Source: Tubiluchus corallicola (taxonomy: Eukaryota; Animalia; Priapulida). From it: a stretch of 64,000 bases of DNA. The stretch spans positions 648,972-712,971 of the forward strand of contig JAQGDQ010000074.1 of assembly GCA_030141605.1 (NCBI GenBank), given 5' to 3'. Positions 59,410 to 64,000 of the stretch are shown piece by piece. The position numbers and the translations under genes were made by a program. How positions within the stretch are numbered: the first letter of the stretch is position 1; each line of letters opens with the position of its first letter. A model generated the notes under the pieces. It worked only from the letters and a program-made list of their open reading frames with translations. It made no database searches and was not told the origin of the DNA.

Positions 59410-61003
59410 CAAACAAATATCTTTCCCAGGCTTTCACGCTTTTTATCCATAAGTTTTCACTGACAAGAGAACGATGCTTTTTATTTAACAGTTTCAGGAT
59501 TACATCGTCATTGTCCTTGCCGTAGTGCAACTGTACCCGTTTGAGGAAAGCCAGTTCTTGAATTATCAATCTGTAATTTGAGTACTTGTTCATACTGCTA
59601 TGAACATGTTGCTTCAATCGTTTAGGATCTTTCTTTCTCACAGGTTGCAATAAAGATGTTGTTCTCAAACGCCGACGGGGAGTTGTAGTTGGAAGAGTTT
59701 CACTGCTCATGCTACTTTCTATATCAGATTCAACATCTTTGACGGATTCATGGGCCGTGTTTTTTAAATCAATTACAGAACTTTCAATTAGAGCTTCTTC
59801 TATTGTTTCAACAGTACCGCCATAAGCATCAGGTTTAGTGTCACGGTTGTCCAATGCTTGATCATCAACGAGACTTCGAAGATCACTACTAGACATTTTT
59901 ATGTCATCCCTCAGGTTTGTAGCTGAACTAAACATGACATTGCTATGATCATCCGCTGCGAGACCAGTTTTTATTTCCGACTGTGAACCATAAACTTTAT
60001 TCTGCCCAAGTTGCCGTAAAGCAGCCAAAGATAACACAAAAGAGTTTCTCTTTTCACTTTTTGGCTTTTCTTGCTTTCCATCGGATTGAAGATCGACGGT
60101 CGAACCAGGATTTGAGTCTTTTTTCTTCGTAAATAGGTTTTTCAACTTTGTAGCAAATGCCGATTTCTTATCGTCTTCCTTTAAACTTGTCTTGCTCCCA
60201 AATTTCGACAATATGCTTTTGCTTCTAGAAAGTCGTCTTCTATTTTCTGTTTTTTCCTCTCCTTCTGAATCAGAATCACTATAGTTGAGATCAAAGCCGG
60301 CAAGTGATGAGTCCTCATTTTCTAATAGATACGTGTGTCCATCTTTTTCCGGCACTACCTCTTCCTTTTGTTCTGTTTCGCTTTTTTCATTTATCACAGC
60401 TGTTGCATTACCAGAGTCATCAGGAATGAATTTCGGATCCTCTCTTTCACTTCCTTCATTGGCCTTATTAAATGGTGTTATAGTAATAATATCTTTATCG
60501 TCTAATTGTTTATCACTTTCAACTTGTTTTTCCTCAATGTTTTGCAAGGAGCCCATATTAACCTCTGTGCTCAAATTTTTGTTTATATTTTCCTGGGATA
60601 AGCTAATCCTAGCACCTTGTAGAAGTTTATCGAAACTAAATATGTTTTTTAAGCTACTAGAGTTTTTTGAAAGACTCGACTGGCTGCCATCTAAACTGGT
60701 ATTATCTTTTAGGCTCTCTTTAGATCGCCGCCGAAAAGAAAATTTTTCTTTTAAACTAGAAAACGATCCTTTTCCAACAGAACGCAAGGAGGCCGCTGAA
60801 GGCGTCTTTTTTATGTTATCACCATTTGGTACATTAATGGCTCCATTGGGTATGCTATCTGTAGAGCGACGTAATAAGCGATCCTTTAAAGTAGGCTTAA
60901 CTTTTGTTGGTGTATCTCCAACATGAACATTAAGCGTCGCATTCGAGGCAGTGCTCAGATTGCTAACACTATTTGACTTCATAGCGTCATCTGGTTTCGC
61001 CAT
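59410..61003 (-). CDS. Large exon encoding a Ser/Lys/Asp-rich, probably disordered region of about 530 aa
   Basis: 1.6-kb ORF in an AT-rich background, ending at a strong donor G|GTAAGT at 59410. Its link to the upstream exon is out of frame (see findings). Confidence 0.75.
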
Positions 61004-61142
61004 TTTAAATCTGTTGCTGGATTTTTTGCTTTAAAACCATGCACTAAAATCATTACAACATTTTAAAACACATCGTGCATCACAATTTAACTGTTACAAC
61101 ATCAATGGAGTCAACATTCTTAAGTTATGGCTTGAAACCTAC

Positions 61143-62127
61143 CTGAAAGTCCTTTATTACTGTGTTTCTTTTTTTCAAGACTTGATTCATCTTCACACAT
61201 ATCCGCGCTCATGAGCACATTTTCTTTTATAACTTCACTATGCTCTTGGATTTTAAAAATAGTTTCACTTGATTTCCTACCACGAATTTGTTCCAAGCTA
61301 ATGAACCTTATTTGTTCACTCTCTAATTCACTAGTTTCTACTGGTGTTAATCTGTGACGTAGTGGCACTATCTGTGCCGTCAATTTATTGACTTTATCAA
61401 AGTCACTACTACTGGTTTCGATATTTTTTGAATACCATACTTGCACATTGTGTAGAGCCTCATCAGAAGCGAGACCCAGCTGGAGGCTATCTGTATCTCC
61501 ACAATCTGAATTAGCTGGACTGTTCTTTTCAGACCTTTCCTTTACAGGAGGGAGGTTCGCTACGCTGTGTCGGGAGTGCTTCTGTACTGCACTGTCTGGT
61601 GTCTTTGATGTTGTTCCTGAATATGTAGCATCCGGAATGACTTCCGGGTGGTAAATCTCAGGTGATGTGATTTTCTTATTGTGCTTTTCTTTACCACTTG
61701 CAGCAGTGGTGTATGAATCATACAGCTGCTTGTGGTAATTCTTCAGGGTAGCCGAAGAAGTAATACACTGACGTGTTTGTTTCTTTTTTTGAGTGTGAAA
61801 TGGCGAAAATGATTTAGAGTGGACAGAAGCCTGTTCTGTGTCCACCTCTAAGAAAGTCAGCGAATACTGACTGCAGGGTGACACACCACGGCTGGACAAG
61901 CGACTGGACAACCGACTAATCGAGCTATTATGAGATCCTGGCGAGTGAGATGTGGTTTGGTTATGACGGCGAATCCGCCCAAGTGACAGCCGCAGAGCAT
62001 TAGTGACAACTTTGGCAGCCCTGTCTGTGATCACCTTGCCTGTCCTGCCACCTTTTGAGCGTATGAAATCTCCCAGATCCTTGTGTCCTTTGAGGAGGCA
62101 GATATCGTACGGCGTCAGATAATGATT
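61143..62127 (-). CDS. Internal exon of an ankyrin-repeat/IQ-like protein (inversin-like last ANK repeat) with a Ser-rich tail; upstream exons not located
   Basis: Acceptor CTCTTTTGCAG at 62128 and donor G|GTAGGT at 61142. LTPYDICLLKGHKDLGDFIRSKGG is an ankyrin repeat end; ITDRAAKVVTNALR resembles the IQ-like segment after the last ANK repeat of inversin. Confidence 0.7.
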
Positions 62128-62639
62128 CTGCAAAAGAGCGATACAAACAACTTCTGAAAAAGCGGTGTCATAAAAAAGCACGCAAGTGCACGGTCTCATA
62201 TTAACATACGAGTTTTGCCATCAAGGCTTCCCCGTTACACACTAAACCCAATAACACAGAAATGCACTATAAATTATTGATTACAATTTCGTCGCAATGC
62301 ACAGTGCCGCAATAACAGTTTTAAATGCAGAATATCACTTTCAAGATCAGGATTATTATGTTGCCATGGTGTTTAACTAAATACCACAAAAACAAACAAA
62401 AAAGATTTTGTTTGTGTACCCATGTTTTGTGTAACCAACTGCAAGTATTGTCTAATGTTATTTAAAGTGAAAATTAGAGGTTTGAAATGCGATGATTAGG
62501 CTTGAAATATTAAAAAGTATGAGTTCTTTTAAATTCAAAGTAACAAAGAGCTGTCAAGATGTTGTCGAAAGATTTTGTGGTTTATAGTTAATAAAGGTTT
62601 TTTTTGCATTAGTATTACGCTCAACCTAAATTATTATCA

Positions 62640-62683
62640 GCACAACCACAACTACCGCAACCTCATAATCGTCGTCGTCGTCG

Positions 62684-62716
<33 letters not shown>

Positions 62717-62990
62717 CCATCATCATCACCATCATCATCATCATCACCATCATCATTATTGTCATTATAAATTCGCTTATTATTATTACCATAGTCGACA
62801 TCATTGTCAATATTGTCATCATTATAAATCTTAATCGCAATGACGATAACATCTTCATTGACACCACCACCACCACAATCACCTTCATGTCGTGGTAGTC
62901 ATGTTATTATTATAACTTTTTTTATTAGTTATGGTCATTATAATCCTCGTCATCATCTCCTCCTCGTCGTCGTCATCATGGTCGCAATTA
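62640..62990. repeat. (CAT)/(CGT)/(CAC) low-complexity trinucleotide region
   Basis: Directly visible; similar tracts at 36710-36930 and 50790-50845. Confidence 0.85.
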
Positions 62991-63479
62991 TAGGTGCACG
63001 TTTTCACTTTTCAGTATCGTTGCCGTTGTTATCTCCAAAAAGCAAACAATTTTCTAGTCACTGTTTTTTTTAGGTGTTCAGTAGCACGTGCAAATTCAAA
63101 CGATATTACACGCCGCAGCTGACAAAAGTCAGTGTACCACACATCGTACTACCTCGCTGTATCTGTACGCGTTAGCTTGTAAGCTGAGCGATGAAAACAG
63201 AAATACAGGAGAACAGAAACTTAGAAAAAAAATTTATGCAAAAAAAATTTCACACATTTTTGTATATTTGAAACATCATTTATTTAGCTCATGATAGTAT
63301 TTTAATAACGATTTAATACAATAACACTCAAAAGAACAAAAACGTCAAGAAAATATGAAGAAGTTGTTAAAAACAATTTGCAGTAGCACTGGGGTCGAGA
63401 AAAACTGCTGAGTGGTCAAGGCGTGTGCTTAAGCAAGTTAAGCAACACACGCCAGTGAATGGGATTTTGTTCGAGTTTT

Positions 63480-64000
63480 CGATAGAGTTTGATATGAGGG
63501 TCGTGATTTTTAAATTAAAACAGTATGACATTGATCGTGCACTGTTAAAATGGCTTTCATGTTATCTCTGTGAACGCACACAGTGGTACTCGACGGTATA
63601 ATGTTTGACTTACAAACACTGCATGCTGTAGTGCCTTGTCGCACCCCTATTGTTTTTAGTCTAAAATGTATCCTTTTATATGCAGATGACACTTCATTGT
63701 TTTACTTTTTTACTGACGAACCTTTGATCTTAAAACAATTAAAAATGGGTCACTCAATGGTTAGTTTCGTTCAATGCAGCAAAAACCGATGTTTCGATTT
63801 TTTCTCGTAAAACAACACCATGTAACAGTTGTAACTTACCCCTCTCTGCATATGTGCAACACTCTAATAAACACCTTACCTTACCTTATAAATATCTTAC
63901 CAGCGATTGAATATGGAAACACAAGTTGGTCAGGAATGCCAAGACTATAATTTAAAACTACTAGAAAATGTTTAATAAACCTAGTGCTTTATATGGTAAA
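63480..64000 (+). mobile_element. Degenerate CR1/L2 LINE RT fragment
   Basis: ILLYADDTSLF catalytic motif, a decayed AFD-type segment upstream and ILPAIEYGNTSWS downstream. Confidence 0.7.

Noticed and set aside
60285-60926. 213-aa + strand ORF
   Set aside because: Antisense shadow of the Ser/Lys-rich exon; TTG start and no homology cues.

Overview
AT-rich, intron-containing genomic DNA from a metazoan, most likely a bilaterian invertebrate; the taxon cannot be fixed from the sequence. In order, the window holds: (1) the last coding exons of an RGG-box RNA-binding gene resembling hnRNP Q/R (Syncrip) (+); (2) a tRNA-Trp(CCA) gene (-); (3) an intact ARFGEF1/2 (BIG1/BIG2, Sec7 Arf-GEF) whose whole 5.26 kb CDS is one exon (-); (4) a 5-exon DYNLT1/Tctex-1 gene (-); (5) an 11-exon, 510-aa mitochondrial-clan cytochrome P450 (+); (6) the 3' part of a large ankyrin/IQ-like gene whose exon chain is broken (-). 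Between and inside these lie a near full-length RTE LINE, a bipartite RTE-derived SINE with TSDs, CR1/L2 remnants, hAT and pogo-like MITEs, a decayed KRBA2/Ginger-like transposase and many microsatellites. The most notable signals are: the intronless BIG gene with a His-to-Trp change in Sec7 motif 2; splice acceptors 2, 2 and 15 nt before the start codons of all three complete genes; an in-frame U_UUA_AAA slippery site exactly where two large ORFs must be joined; an AUG-less RTE ORF preceded by a pseudoknot; and a structured RNA element in the Syncrip-like 3' region. All gene models were read by hand and are not confirmed by transcript data.
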